Of a stretch of DNA of 64,000 nt, positions 46,360-55,191 are shown in pieces. The notes below the pieces were generated by a model. That model was not told the origin of the DNA. It saw only the letters and a list, made by a program, of their open reading frames with translations, and did no database searches. The number at the start of each line of letters is the position of its first letter. Position 1 is the first letter of the stretch. This DNA is from a virus. Made by a program: the position numbers and the translations under genes. Where the stretch lies: the IMG/VR virus record IMGVR_UViG_3300020195_000020, positions 1 through 64,000 of that record, one strand, 5' to 3'.

Positions 46360-47346
46360 ATGAGTGAGGCGTTTATCAAGGCGGATAAGAAGCTCCCGGC
46401 CAGCGTCAAGGTGGCGCTGCTGTCGACGCTCACCGGCATCGATCGCGACGGCGTGCTCGGCCGGCTGTGGCGGTTCTGGAGTTGGGTGGATGATCACATC
46501 AAGCGTGACGGCGCGTTACGCCTGAGCGCCGAACAATTGTCCCAGACCGTTATGGTCGAGTTATGCCTGCTCGATGCCATGTCGGACCAGCGAGTCGACT
46601 GGTTGCGGGTCGCCGCCGATGGCAGCACGATCATCCCGCGGACTGATAAATGGTTCCTTGGCGGCCAGAGGCATCGGAGCAAAAGTGCCCAGCGTCAAAA
46701 GGCTTATCGCGATCGTCGTGCCAAGGTCAAGACGACTCGAGCGGCCGAGCCGGAGGCATCGCCAAGCTCCAACGGCGACGCGCAACGCGTTACGTCACGC
46801 GTTACGTCACGCGTTGCGCAACGCGCTGCGTTACGTAACGGCACAGAGGAGAGGAGAGAAGAGAAGAGAAGAGAAGAGGGGACTACGTCGACGTCAGACC
46901 CTGACCTGGCCTCTGACGTTGCCCCTGACACTGCCGCCGAGAGACGCAAGGGAGCCAAGACCCGCAAAGCCCACCAGGTGGCGACCGACGCCGTGCGGGC
47001 GCTGGCCATCCGGGTCGACGACAAGCTGCGGGTGCCCAAGCCGATCTGCGACGAGGACCGCAGCGTCGTGCTCAAGACGGCGTGGCTGGTCGAGGTCGGC
47101 CTGATCAGCGAACACGAGTTGTGGGCCTCGATCGAGTCGGTCACCAAGAAGTTCGACAGCCCTGGGCGGCGCGGCCCGCGCCAGGGAAAACGCATGGGCT
47201 ACTGGCATGCCACGCTCACGGGAATGCTCGGCGAGCGTGAGACTCCGGCCAGCTTCAACGCGATGCTGAAAACCGTGACGCTGCCCGTCGATCTGTTCAA
47301 GCCGACCCAACCCCACGCGGCCAAACCGGTCGCCGCCGCCTGCTGA
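46360..47346 (+). CDS. Replication initiator-like protein (O-like)
   Basis: G.L.RFWSW.D N-domain, A.RQ..YR.R and REEKRREE linker, internal iterons. Confidence 0.7.
   Translation: MSEAFIKADKKLPASVKVALLSTLTGIDRDGVLGRLWRFWSWVDDHIKRDGALRLSAEQLSQTVMVELCLLDAMSDQRVDWLRVAADGSTIIPRTDKWFLGGQRHRSKSAQRQKAYRDRRAKVKTTRAAEPEASPSSNGDAQRVTSRVTSRVAQRAALRNGTEERREEKRREEGTTSTSDPDLASDVAPDTAAERRKGAKTRKAHQVATDAVRALAIRVDDKLRVPKPICDEDRSVVLKTAWLVEVGLISEHELWASIESVTKKFDSPGRRGPRQGKRMGYWHATLTGMLGERETPASFNAMLKTVTLPVDLFKPTQPHAAKPVAAAC
46785..46880. repeat. 12-bp iteron-like repeats plus a purine tract (putative origin)
   Basis: ACGCGTTACGTC twice, then ACGCGTTGCGCA and ACGCGCTGCGTT, then an (AGAGA)n tract. Confidence 0.6.
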
Positions 47347-47387
47347 GAAGAAGCACCGCCAAGCGCTTGGAACGAAGGAGATTCACC

Positions 47388-48122
47388 GTGGCCGATGTGC
47401 TGAAAGTTTTATACCCCGACCCGAACCGGGACTTGAACGCCGTGATCAATCAGCACCTGCAATGGCTGCGCGAGGCGATCCAGGGGATGGGTCTGAAAGT
47501 GGGCGATGTCGAGTTTATCACGACGCAACTGAAACCGGACCAGTGGCGTGTCCGAGTGAGCATCAACGGCTCGTGGTGGGTTGTAATCGAGGATACCCGC
47601 GACAAAGTGCTGGAGAGCTGCCGGAACCTGCATCGTGACGTAGCCAATGGGGTTCGCCACTCTGCGGCCAAGGACCGTGATAGCAACGATCCGATGCTCG
47701 CTCAGGCGCAATCGCGCGCCGCCGAGACAGCACCGCCGGCGAATACGCTGGCCAGTGATGAGTTTGCGGCCTACTGGAAACGGCTGATCACTCTCGGCAT
47801 ACCAGCGACGGGCGAGCCGGGCAGCAAGAAGGCCGAAGACATCCGGGAGTGGTTGGCCGCCATGATCTCCGAGCGTGACCATCTGGTCATGGCCACGCAG
47901 TCTCGCACGCTGCTCATGCACGCGACCATGTGCATCGATTGCGGTGAATTGTTCGAGCTCGAGACCAAGGCCAAGGATGGCGACAAGCTCCGCGAGGAGA
48001 TTGCCAGACTGCGGTCCGCGATCGAGAGGCACGACGCCCGGCGTAAGAACGGCCAAGGCGTTGAGTATCCCTGGGACCACGAGCTTTACACGGAGTTGCG
48101 GCCGACGGTAGCGGCCAAATGA
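47388..48122 (+). CDS. Hypothetical protein
   Basis: AAGGAG-GTG start, C-terminal D.ELY..L motif. Confidence 0.6.
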   Translation: MADVLKVLYPDPNRDLNAVINQHLQWLREAIQGMGLKVGDVEFITTQLKPDQWRVRVSINGSWWVVIEDTRDKVLESCRNLHRDVANGVRHSAAKDRDSNDPMLAQAQSRAAETAPPANTLASDEFAAYWKRLITLGIPATGEPGSKKAEDIREWLAAMISERDHLVMATQSRTLLMHATMCIDCGELFELETKAKDGDKLREEIARLRSAIERHDARRKNGQGVEYPWDHELYTELRPTVAAK

Positions 48123-48295
48123 TCTCGCGGGAGTTTGAATCACGTCGGTGCCCTTATTGCTCTGGTCGGTGCCAGGTGGCCGAAGTGCGCTGCCCGGACT
48201 GTTTGGGCACCGGCGTGGTTTGCAACCTCTGCGGAGAGCCCCGAGTCAACTGCGAGTGTGCCGTTTACGAACCAATCAGGAGGGATTACACGTGA
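48119..48295 (+). CDS. Small DnaJ-type Zn-finger protein (58 aa, below the ORF-track cutoff)
   Basis: CPYCSG...CPDCLGTG..CNLC...CEC. Overlaps both neighbours by 4 nt. Confidence 0.6.
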   Translation: MISREFESRRCPYCSGRCQVAEVRCPDCLGTGVVCNLCGEPRVNCECAVYEPIRRDYT

Positions 48296-48492
48296 TAGCC
48301 AAGATTGAAGCCTTTGAAGCTGGCGGCGCGTGGCTGTGGCAGGTGCGGGCGATGGACAAAGACAGCGAGGCGACCATGTCCGTCGCCGCAAACTCCGCCC
48401 GCGACTATCCCACCGAGGAGGAGGCTCTGGCCGTCGCGCAGGACGTGGCAAAGAAACTGGGGCTGCAGCTTCCCGAGTCAAAGGAAGCCTGA
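48292..48492 (+). CDS. Small YegP/DUF1508-like protein
   Basis: W.WQV.A......A.S...Y.TEEEAL. AGGAGG RBS. Confidence 0.5.
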   Translation: MIAKIEAFEAGGAWLWQVRAMDKDSEATMSVAANSARDYPTEEEALAVAQDVAKKLGLQLPESKEA

Positions 48493-48494
48493 CC

Positions 48495-48899
48495 ATGCCC
48501 AAGGAATACCCCAACTGGCCCGGCAAAATCTTCGCCAAGGTCGCTATCCCGCGCGTCGGGATGCCGGCGTCGATGTACCTGAGCGAGTTCGGAACGCTCG
48601 TCTGGCACGCGTTCGGGACTATGCCCTACCTGGTCGGATCGGCGCTGCGAACGCGCCAATGGAAAGACGTCGACGTGCGGTTGATCCTGGACGACGAGGT
48701 CTATGCGGCAATGGGATTCGGCGAGCCAGGGTATGGCCAGCACAACGGCAAGTGGGTCTCGCTGTGCATGGCCTACTCGGCACTGGGTCGGCACATGACT
48801 GGGCTGCCAATCGACTTTCAGATTGATCAACAGACCTTTGCAAACAATGCCCACGACGGCCCGCGCAGCGCGCTGGGCAGGCTTTTCACGCAAGCATAA
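48495..48899 (+). CDS. Minimal nucleotidyltransferase-like protein
   Basis: YLVGS-x8-DVDVR and a later IDFQ (pol-beta-type signature). Confidence 0.65.
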   Translation: MPKEYPNWPGKIFAKVAIPRVGMPASMYLSEFGTLVWHAFGTMPYLVGSALRTRQWKDVDVRLILDDEVYAAMGFGEPGYGQHNGKWVSLCMAYSALGRHMTGLPIDFQIDQQTFANNAHDGPRSALGRLFTQA

Positions 48900-48908
48900 G
48901 GAGGTCCC

Positions 48909-49028
48909 ATGTTCTGGCGCCTGATCGCCGAGTTCGACACGAGCAAGATCGATAGTTGGCCGTCGGCCGTGGTCACGTGCGTACTGATCATCGCCGTGGC
49001 GTACATCGTTGGCAAACTGTTTGGGTAA
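48909..49028 (+). CDS. 39-aa membrane peptide
   Basis: Perfect TAAGGAGGT RBS, one TM segment. Confidence 0.6.
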   Translation: MFWRLIAEFDTSKIDSWPSAVVTCVLIIAVAYIVGKLFG

Positions 49029-49061
49029 TTAACCACTCTCACCCTGATCGGAGTCCTAGCC

Positions 49062-49349
49062 ATGCCCGACAACAAATCGAAGAAGAAGATCGACGGCAAG
49101 TTGATCTCACTCAAGGAGCGGCACGAGGTCAGCTATTGGACGCAGGCCCTCGGCGTCAACCGGAGCCAGCTCGAGGCCGCGGTCAAGAAGGTCGGCCATC
49201 GCGCGGTGGACGTGCGGCGGTGGTTGGCGCTGCCCCGCATGAAAGCGGATCTCAAGGAGATTCGGGCGTCGCTGCGGGAGAATCAATCGCACGCGGCGAT
49301 GCAGTCGGCGGCCGCGGCGATCAAGTTCTTGGACGCGTGCGGAAAGTAG
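49062..49349 (+). CDS. DUF3606 domain protein
   Basis: D...I.L.E.HEV.YW...LGV...QL..AV.KVG.....VR..L. Confidence 0.8.
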   Translation: MPDNKSKKKIDGKLISLKERHEVSYWTQALGVNRSQLEAAVKKVGHRAVDVRRWLALPRMKADLKEIRASLRENQSHAAMQSAAAAIKFLDACGK

Positions 49350-49351
49350 CG

Positions 49352-49555
49352 ATGCAGTTTGAACCGATCCGCTGCGAGCTGTGTGGCGACGTGCTGCTGA
49401 TCGGCACGATGGGCCTGGTCTGCGGTCGCGGGCATGGGCCCATCGTTTACTACGGCTACAAGGAAATGCTCAAACACTGCCCCGAGCTGAGAATCGAGCA
49501 CGAGTTGAGCACCCGCCAGCGGGCGGACCGGCTGAAAGGGATCTTGGGAGAATAG
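49352..49555 (+). CDS. Small Zn-ribbon protein
   Basis: CELCG...C..GH. Confidence 0.5.
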   Translation: MQFEPIRCELCGDVLLIGTMGLVCGRGHGPIVYYGYKEMLKHCPELRIEHELSTRQRADRLKGILGE

Positions 49556-49580
49556 TTATCCACTCCCGAGCGAAGGCGTC

Positions 49581-49796
49581 ATGAGCGATACCCCAAAACT
49601 AGCGGATGAGTGCAAGAAGCTGCTGGACAACGGACATTGCATCGTGCTCTACGCCAACGCGTTGGGGAGCTATACGGCTGCGACCTTGACGCAGGATCAG
49701 GTTGACGAGTTGGACACCGGCGAGTTGACCGATGACTTTGAACCGTCGCAGGCGCTCTACCGACTGACCGAGAAGGTATTCGGGAATATCGTTTAG
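49581..49796 (+). CDS. Hypothetical protein
   Basis: Co-oriented small ORF. Confidence 0.55.
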   Translation: MSDTPKLADECKKLLDNGHCIVLYANALGSYTAATLTQDQVDELDTGELTDDFEPSQALYRLTEKVFGNIV

Positions 49797-49822
49797 CCCC
49801 GCCACCCTACGGAGCGAAAGCC

Positions 49823-50020
49823 ATGAGCGGAGACCGAGACTTTAACGCAGGTGTATTCTTCGCCGCGCAGTTTATTGCCCTCGATCACGACGAGCCGACT
49901 TTGGCGGCTGAGATTCTGAGGCAGGCCGGCTTCGACAGGGAGATGGCTATCTGCGAAGCGGCGCGGTCTGGATACGAGTACGAGCGGACCAAAGAGTTCC
50001 TTGACGAAGAGTTCAAATAA
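49823..50020 (+). CDS. Hypothetical protein
   Basis: GGAG RBS. Confidence 0.55.
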   Translation: MSGDRDFNAGVFFAAQFIALDHDEPTLAAEILRQAGFDREMAICEAARSGYEYERTKEFLDEEFK

Positions 50021-50066
50021 CCGACCCCCGCCGCCCCAGCGGGCGAGCAGACTGAGGGAGAGCGAA

Positions 50067-50300
50067 ATGGCGAAGAAACCGAAAACCATTTGGCTGGTCT
50101 GGGATTATCAGGAATACGAGCCATCGACATTACTCGCCACGTCGGCGTCAGAGCGGAACGCTCGGCGATGGGTGTTTAGGTACATCCGCGATAATGTCGC
50201 AACGGCGACCGAGGACCTCAGGAACTACTGGAACTTCACTTGGTACGACGGCTTCCCGTCATCACTGTCGATCAAGATTGTGGAAAGCGATTTGGTTTAG
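50067..50300 (+). CDS. Hypothetical protein
   Basis: GGGAG RBS. Confidence 0.55.
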   Translation: MAKKPKTIWLVWDYQEYEPSTLLATSASERNARRWVFRYIRDNVATATEDLRNYWNFTWYDGFPSSLSIKIVESDLV

Positions 50301-50342
50301 CCCCCCTGCGTCCCGCCCCTAACCTGGAGGAAAGAACACGCG

Positions 50343-50699
50343 ATGGCAGAGAATCAAAGCGTTTATGCCGGTGTCTCTTTAGATCACGAGGTGTTCGCAC
50401 TTAGGGACCACGAGTCAATCCAACTCTGGAACGAGCGACCGGGTAGTGGGCGATACATCGCCGTCATGGCCCGCAGTATCGAGATGCCCGATGGACCTCG
50501 ATCCAAGCTGCGAGTGTGCGACGGTGCGCCCGTTGAGCAGGCCGCGATTCTGGCGGCGGAGTTCAGCCACGAAAACGAATGTTGGCACTGGCTGCAAATC
50601 TCGCCGCCCAGTAAGGAACGGATTGGCGACATGCTGTTCAGCAATGCCGCTGACCTGGATCGGTGGTACTACCTTAGCGTGACTGATTTGAAGTCCTGA
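50343..50699 (+). CDS. Hypothetical protein
   Basis: GGAGG RBS. Confidence 0.55.
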   Translation: MAENQSVYAGVSLDHEVFALRDHESIQLWNERPGSGRYIAVMARSIEMPDGPRSKLRVCDGAPVEQAAILAAEFSHENECWHWLQISPPSKERIGDMLFSNAADLDRWYYLSVTDLKS

Positions 50700-50769
50700 C
50701 CCGCCGTCGCGCAGGATCGAGCGAGGAGTGAGGGAAACTGGAAAACTTAACCACCTTCAGGAGATACCG

Positions 50770-51369
50770 ATGACCATCAAACGAAAGTACGACATTGGCT
50801 CTGGCATCACGATCGAGGATGACGGCTATTCGCTGGTCGCGAAGTGGGAGCCCGACGACAAATCCGGCCACTCGATCGGCTGCCCGCGCCCCGTCTACAT
50901 GCCGCCCGGACAGCCCGCGGAATGGGCCGATCGGTTTCCCGATCAGCTCTCATGCCTGTTCAGTCTGGACGGTCGGCATTTCTATGTGGAGAAGTTCGGT
51001 CTTTCGGTCCGCGCGTGGCTGGGAGTTAAAGCCTATGGCTCGCGTGAAGAGCTGAACGCAGACCTAAAGCCGACGCCGTTCGGTTCGGATGGTGCAGTGT
51101 TCGTAGACGAGACCACTGGCGCGCAGCGTTTCCGCTCAGTGCTAATGTTCAGCATGTGGAAAGTGCAGCACGAGACGACGCCTCGCTCGATTGCGAGAAC
51201 AGACGAAGGCGTTGCCGACTACTTGACGCTGGCGCAGCAGTACGACAACGAACAAATGGCGCGATTCAACGAGGCCATCGCTTTCAGCGGTCGGACGTTT
51301 GCCTGGATCTTGAACAAGATCGGGAAGTGGCACCCCGTGGCGGAGCTGCCCGTGGTGAAGCTGGCATGA
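50770..51369 (+). CDS. Hypothetical protein
   Basis: AGGAG RBS. Confidence 0.6.
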   Translation: MTIKRKYDIGSGITIEDDGYSLVAKWEPDDKSGHSIGCPRPVYMPPGQPAEWADRFPDQLSCLFSLDGRHFYVEKFGLSVRAWLGVKAYGSREELNADLKPTPFGSDGAVFVDETTGAQRFRSVLMFSMWKVQHETTPRSIARTDEGVADYLTLAQQYDNEQMARFNEAIAFSGRTFAWILNKIGKWHPVAELPVVKLA

Positions 51370-51905
51370 CGCCACCCGCCAAACGTATCCTGGCACTCGA
51401 CTTGGCGCTGGAAACGGGCTGGGCACATTCGTGTGGCGAGTCGGGTATCTGGCACCTTGGCATTGGCGATAGCGAGCACGCCGGCAACCGGCTGGTGCGA
51501 CTCGAGGGCAGAATCATGGCCATGCACCTGGAATGGGGCATCGACCAGGTCGCCTTTGAAGTGGCTGCCTACGGCTCGCACCACGCCAACACCCGACAGT
51601 TTCACGACCAGGTCATGGGCGTTGTGCTGCTCTCAGCCGCCAAGATCTGTGCGCCGTGGGTCGGCTACTCGCCCACCGAGATCAAGAAGTTTTGGACCGG
51701 GCACGGCCAGGCCGACAAGGCCGCCATGATCCGGGCCTGCCAGACCTTCCTCGGCCGGACAGTGACCAACGACAACGAGGCCGACGCGCTGGCGATCCTG
51801 GAGCTGGCCAAGCACCAGGCCACCAGCAAGCTGGCGGCGGCGATCGAGAAGAAAACCAAACGACCGCGGCCGGCAAAGCAAATGAAGCTCGGGTATCAGC
51901 CGTAG
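51366..51905 (+). CDS. RuvC-like Holliday junction resolvase
   Basis: ILALDL...TGWA, VAFE, P.EIKK..TG.G.ADK..M and DNEADALAI motifs. Confidence 0.9.
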   Translation: MTPPAKRILALDLALETGWAHSCGESGIWHLGIGDSEHAGNRLVRLEGRIMAMHLEWGIDQVAFEVAAYGSHHANTRQFHDQVMGVVLLSAAKICAPWVGYSPTEIKKFWTGHGQADKAAMIRACQTFLGRTVTNDNEADALAILELAKHQATSKLAAAIEKKTKRPRPAKQMKLGYQP

Positions 51906-51914
51906 CATTTCCCT

Positions 51915-51973
51915 TTACCTATTTGGTAAGAGAATGGGAACGGGCCCCGGCGAAAGTCTTACCTTTATGGTAA
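51915..51973. promoter_or_regulatory. Pair of palindromic sites TTACC-N5-GGTAA
   Basis: At 51915-51929 and 51959-51973, in an AT-rich intergenic gap. Confidence 0.55.
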
Positions 51974-51982
51974 AGAAACCAG

Positions 51983-52432
51983 ATGTCAGCGATCCTCGAA
52001 ACCCTTTGCGACCACTGCCTCGCCCCGGCCGTGATCATGGTGCCGGGGCGGGCCCGCTGCCGGGCGCACGACCAGGTGGCGCCGCCACCACCGCCCGCCG
52101 AGCGAGACAGTGACCAGCGGACCTATTGGATCATCTGGGCGCGCGAAGGCGTGGTCGAAGATCTCACCGCCGTGCCGCTGCAGGACCAGCGGACCACGCT
52201 CGCCTGGCTGACCGACGACCCGCACATCGCCACGGCGCTGGTCTTCGACGACGAGACCTTCGCTCGCTGCGTGCACTTCTGGGTTTCTGTCGGCTGGTCC
52301 TCGAGCAGCGGCAATCCACACGCCACGGTCAGTGAAGAGACCGCATTGCCAGAGTACATCCGCTGGTCGCCAGAGGATGCCCGCTATTTGCGCCGCACGG
52401 TCGCCGAGGTGCTCGACCGCGCCGGCTGGTAG
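51983..52432 (+). CDS. Hypothetical protein
   Basis: CDHC...C..H N-terminus. Confidence 0.55.
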   Translation: MSAILETLCDHCLAPAVIMVPGRARCRAHDQVAPPPPPAERDSDQRTYWIIWAREGVVEDLTAVPLQDQRTTLAWLTDDPHIATALVFDDETFARCVHFWVSVGWSSSSGNPHATVSEETALPEYIRWSPEDARYLRRTVAEVLDRAGW

Positions 52433-52438
52433 CCCGCG

Positions 52439-52512
52439 CAGAAAAATACGCTCTGTCCGTTCTGTCCGACGCTCGGACAGCCTAGGCGCACTTCTGCGGC
52501 CGGGCGCACCAT
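52439..52512 (+). promoter_or_regulatory. Putative late promoter/activator site, copy 2
   Basis: Same 30-mer as 6025-6054, same N5-CGGACAG-NN-TAGGCG, then 18 bp and CACCAT. Confidence 0.75.
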
Positions 52513-52556
52513 ACCCTCAAGACACCGATCGAGTCCTCGCAGGAGGTGCGGACCCG

Positions 52557-52754
52557 ATGAGTGGCCGCAGGAATTCGTATTTCAACCTGGGCTGGCTCGC
52601 GGGAAAAGCCGACTGGCCCAAGCCACCGTCACCGCTGGCTCACTACCGAAGTTCGCCCCCCGACGAATGCACGCCGGCGCAACTCAGGTGGTGGCAAGAA
52701 GGTTACCGAGCATGGCTTTCCGGCCGGACCGACGACCAGCAACACCGCCGCTAG
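52557..52754 (+). CDS. Small Rmf-like protein (tentative)
   Basis: AGGAGGT RBS. F..GW.AG...P...W..GY spacing resembles ribosome modulation factor. Confidence 0.5.
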   Translation: MSGRRNSYFNLGWLAGKADWPKPPSPLAHYRSSPPDECTPAQLRWWQEGYRAWLSGRTDDQQHRR

Positions 52755-52759
52755 ACGAA

Positions 52760-52996
52760 ATGGCGCGCCGGCAAACCGTCTGGTTCTGGCTGGCCCTGAT
52801 CGCCCTGGCCGCCGTCGCCGGCTGGGCGAGCAACCGACCCGAGCGGCCCACGCTCTGGACCTGGTCGACCCCGGTGCACGTCCGCGAGTTGCACGGCGCC
52901 CTGCTGGAATCCGAGCCCAAGGTGACCAATGCGATCGCCAGGCTCGGCGCCGACCACCGCTACGAGCTGGAACTGAGCCTGCGGAGAACCCGGTAA
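52760..52996 (+). CDS. Small membrane/secreted protein
   Basis: N-terminal hydrophobic segment. Confidence 0.55.
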   Translation: MARRQTVWFWLALIALAAVAGWASNRPERPTLWTWSTPVHVRELHGALLESEPKVTNAIARLGADHRYELELSLRRTR

Positions 52997-53119
52997 ATGT
53001 TCACCTTCACGAATTTGATGTTTTACACCGCGGGAGTGGCCTCGGGCATCGGCCTGTCGGTTGGCGTCTGGAAATTGATCGACTCCATCCTCAACAACTG
53101 GCAGGGCCCCGGCTCATGA
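52997..53119 (+). CDS. 40-aa single-TM peptide
   Basis: Own translation MFTFTNLMFYTAGVASGIGLSVGVWKLIDSIL... Abuts or overlaps both neighbours. Confidence 0.55.
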   Translation: MFTFTNLMFYTAGVASGIGLSVGVWKLIDSILNNWQGPGS

Positions 53120-53490
53120 CGCGCACACGAACCTACCGCTGGCTGGCCATGGCGCTGGCACTGACCGCCGGCTACCTGGTGGCGCTGGCACTACCGGAGC
53201 CCGTGCAAGCCGAGCCGGTCGTGATCGAGTTCTCGGCCCCCTGGTGCGAATTCTGCCAGGCCGCCAAGAAAGACGTGGCGGGGCTCCAGAAAGAGGGTTT
53301 CGACATCCGCATCGTCAACGTCGACGACGAGCCCAAGCGGGTGGACGAGTACCGCATCAAGACCATTCCCGCGTTTGTGGTGGTCGAGACCACAACCGCT
53401 AAGGAGCTCGAGCGACGCGTCGGGAAGACCGACGGCGCGCAATTGCGGGCCCTGATGACCAAGCACGCCATGAAACCGAAGGCCAAATGA
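53116..53490 (+). CDS. Exported thioredoxin-family protein
   Basis: Signal/TM segment, then F.APWCEFC, VNVD and cis-Pro motif I.TIPAF. Confidence 0.9.
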   Translation: MTRTRTYRWLAMALALTAGYLVALALPEPVQAEPVVIEFSAPWCEFCQAAKKDVAGLQKEGFDIRIVNVDDEPKRVDEYRIKTIPAFVVVETTTAKELERRVGKTDGAQLRALMTKHAMKPKAK

Positions 53491-53699
53491 TGTTCATCAT
53501 CCTGGATGAAGAGACCCAGTTGCCGATCACGCACCGCGAATTCGATTGCAGCAACCCGCGATCGATCGCGATGTTCGCCAACGAAGATCTGGCCGAGGGG
53601 GCGCTCCGCGAGACGATCAACCGCCATAGCCGCCAGCTCAAGGTCATGAGCTGGATCGACTGGATGGAAAAAGCCGGGCACGCCAAATCGCAAGCATGA
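53487..53699 (+). CDS. Hypothetical protein
   Basis: Coupled small ORF. Confidence 0.55.
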   Translation: MMFIILDEETQLPITHREFDCSNPRSIAMFANEDLAEGALRETINRHSRQLKVMSWIDWMEKAGHAKSQA

Positions 53700-54106
53700 A
53701 CCAATCGACCGACACCCGCCGTGGTTTCCTGGGTCGCACGCTCGCAGCGGCCGCGGCAGTGGTCTGCGCCCCGCTGGTGCGGTTTGCCCCGGCGGCTTCG
53801 AAGCCATGGAGCGCTGCGGCGGTCGATCACGCCGCCGCTTTGGCCGATTCTCCTCATTGCCGCATTGTGGTTCGGACGTTCCAGGGCAGGGTCAAAAGCA
53901 TCGCCGGCGAGCGGGCGCAATTGGTGGCCGAGGATCCGATCACCGGCGAGGTCACAGAGATCGACGCATTGCTCTGGATGGCCCTGGTGCCAAGCGTGGG
54001 CGATGGGGCCATCGCCATCTGGGATCCCACTGTCTCGGACTGGTTTGTGGTCTTGCAAATCTGGACCAAACCGCCCGTCGCCTACCTCGACCCGGTCAAA
54101 TCATGA
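53696..54106 (+). CDS. Tat-signal protein with a small beta-barrel domain
   Basis: TRRGFLG followed by a hydrophobic stretch. Confidence 0.7.
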   Translation: MNQSTDTRRGFLGRTLAAAAAVVCAPLVRFAPAASKPWSAAAVDHAAALADSPHCRIVVRTFQGRVKSIAGERAQLVAEDPITGEVTEIDALLWMALVPSVGDGAIAIWDPTVSDWFVVLQIWTKPPVAYLDPVKS

Positions 54107-55155
54107 CTCTCTTCCAACTGCCGCCGTACCACATGAAGGTCGTGATGAGCGCCGCCCAGGTTGGGCAGGCGATCGACTGGGGCATCACGTATTTGAAGGC
54201 CCTCGAGATTCACAAGACGACCAAGGGCGCCGGCATCAACGTGGCCGTGCTCGACACCGGCATCGACATGAGCCACCCCGATTTTCAGGGGGCGATCGTC
54301 GCGGCGCAGGACTTCACCGGCAGCGTGCACGGCGTGATGGACGCGAACGGTCACGGCACGCACACCGCCGGCACGATCGGGGCCCGCGACAACGGCGTCG
54401 GCAGCGTCGGCATGGCGCCCGAGTGTGGCCTGATCATCTGCAAAGTGCTGGGGGACGATGGCGCTGGCGACGACGAAATGATCGCCGCCGGCATCCGCTG
54501 GGCGGTGACCATGGGCGCCCAGATTCTGAGTATGTCGTTTGAGTCGCCCAGCCCCTCGCCCGTGATCCGCGCGGCGATCGACGACGCGGTGCAAAAAGGC
54601 CGGTTGGTGGTCTGCGCGGCAGGCAACCGCGGCATCGCCGGCAACGGTTATCCGGCCGCCTGGGATGACGTCTGCCAGAGTATCGCGGCCAACGATCAGA
54701 AGGGGCGGATCGCCGACTTCTCGGGCGTGGGCCCGCAGGTCGACGTCTGCGCGCCGGGCGTGCACATCCTGAGTTGCTGGCCTGGCGGCAGCTACGCCTA
54801 TCTCGACGGCACCAGCATGGCCTGCCCGCACGTGTCGGGCGGTCTGGCTCTGGTGGCCGCCTATCGCCGCGCGAAGGCCCTGCCGCAGATCGCCAGCCAG
54901 GCCGAGCTGAACAATGCCCTGCATGCGACGGCCATCGCGCTGGAGCCGACGCCGCCGCCAAATCAGCGGTGGGGCTATGGCGTGTTCAATCCCACCGCCC
55001 TGCTGGACTACGCCACGGCGCCGCCCAATGCTCCGCCCGCCGCCGCGCCGCGCAAGGCCCGCCGCTGGGCGATTCCTTTCCTGTATGGCTACCAGGACTG
55101 TGAATGGGCGATCACCGCCAACCCGATCGTCAAACCCGCGGCCCCGGCCGCTTGA
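54103..55155 (+). CDS. S8 subtilisin-like serine protease without a signal peptide
   Basis: VAVLDTG, HGTHTAG, AAGN and GTSMACPHVSG motifs. N-terminal LPPY. Confidence 0.96.
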   Translation: MTLFQLPPYHMKVVMSAAQVGQAIDWGITYLKALEIHKTTKGAGINVAVLDTGIDMSHPDFQGAIVAAQDFTGSVHGVMDANGHGTHTAGTIGARDNGVGSVGMAPECGLIICKVLGDDGAGDDEMIAAGIRWAVTMGAQILSMSFESPSPSPVIRAAIDDAVQKGRLVVCAAGNRGIAGNGYPAAWDDVCQSIAANDQKGRIADFSGVGPQVDVCAPGVHILSCWPGGSYAYLDGTSMACPHVSGGLALVAAYRRAKALPQIASQAELNNALHATAIALEPTPPPNQRWGYGVFNPTALLDYATAPPNAPPAAAPRKARRWAIPFLYGYQDCEWAITANPIVKPAAPAA

Positions 55156-55191
55156 TTCGTTGTTTCGTTATCCCGTAACTGGAGAACCGTT

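Noticed and set aside
49794-50710. C-rich CCCGCC strings after several consecutive stop codons as cassette boundaries
   Set aside because: Too short and too expected in high-GC DNA to support without statistics.
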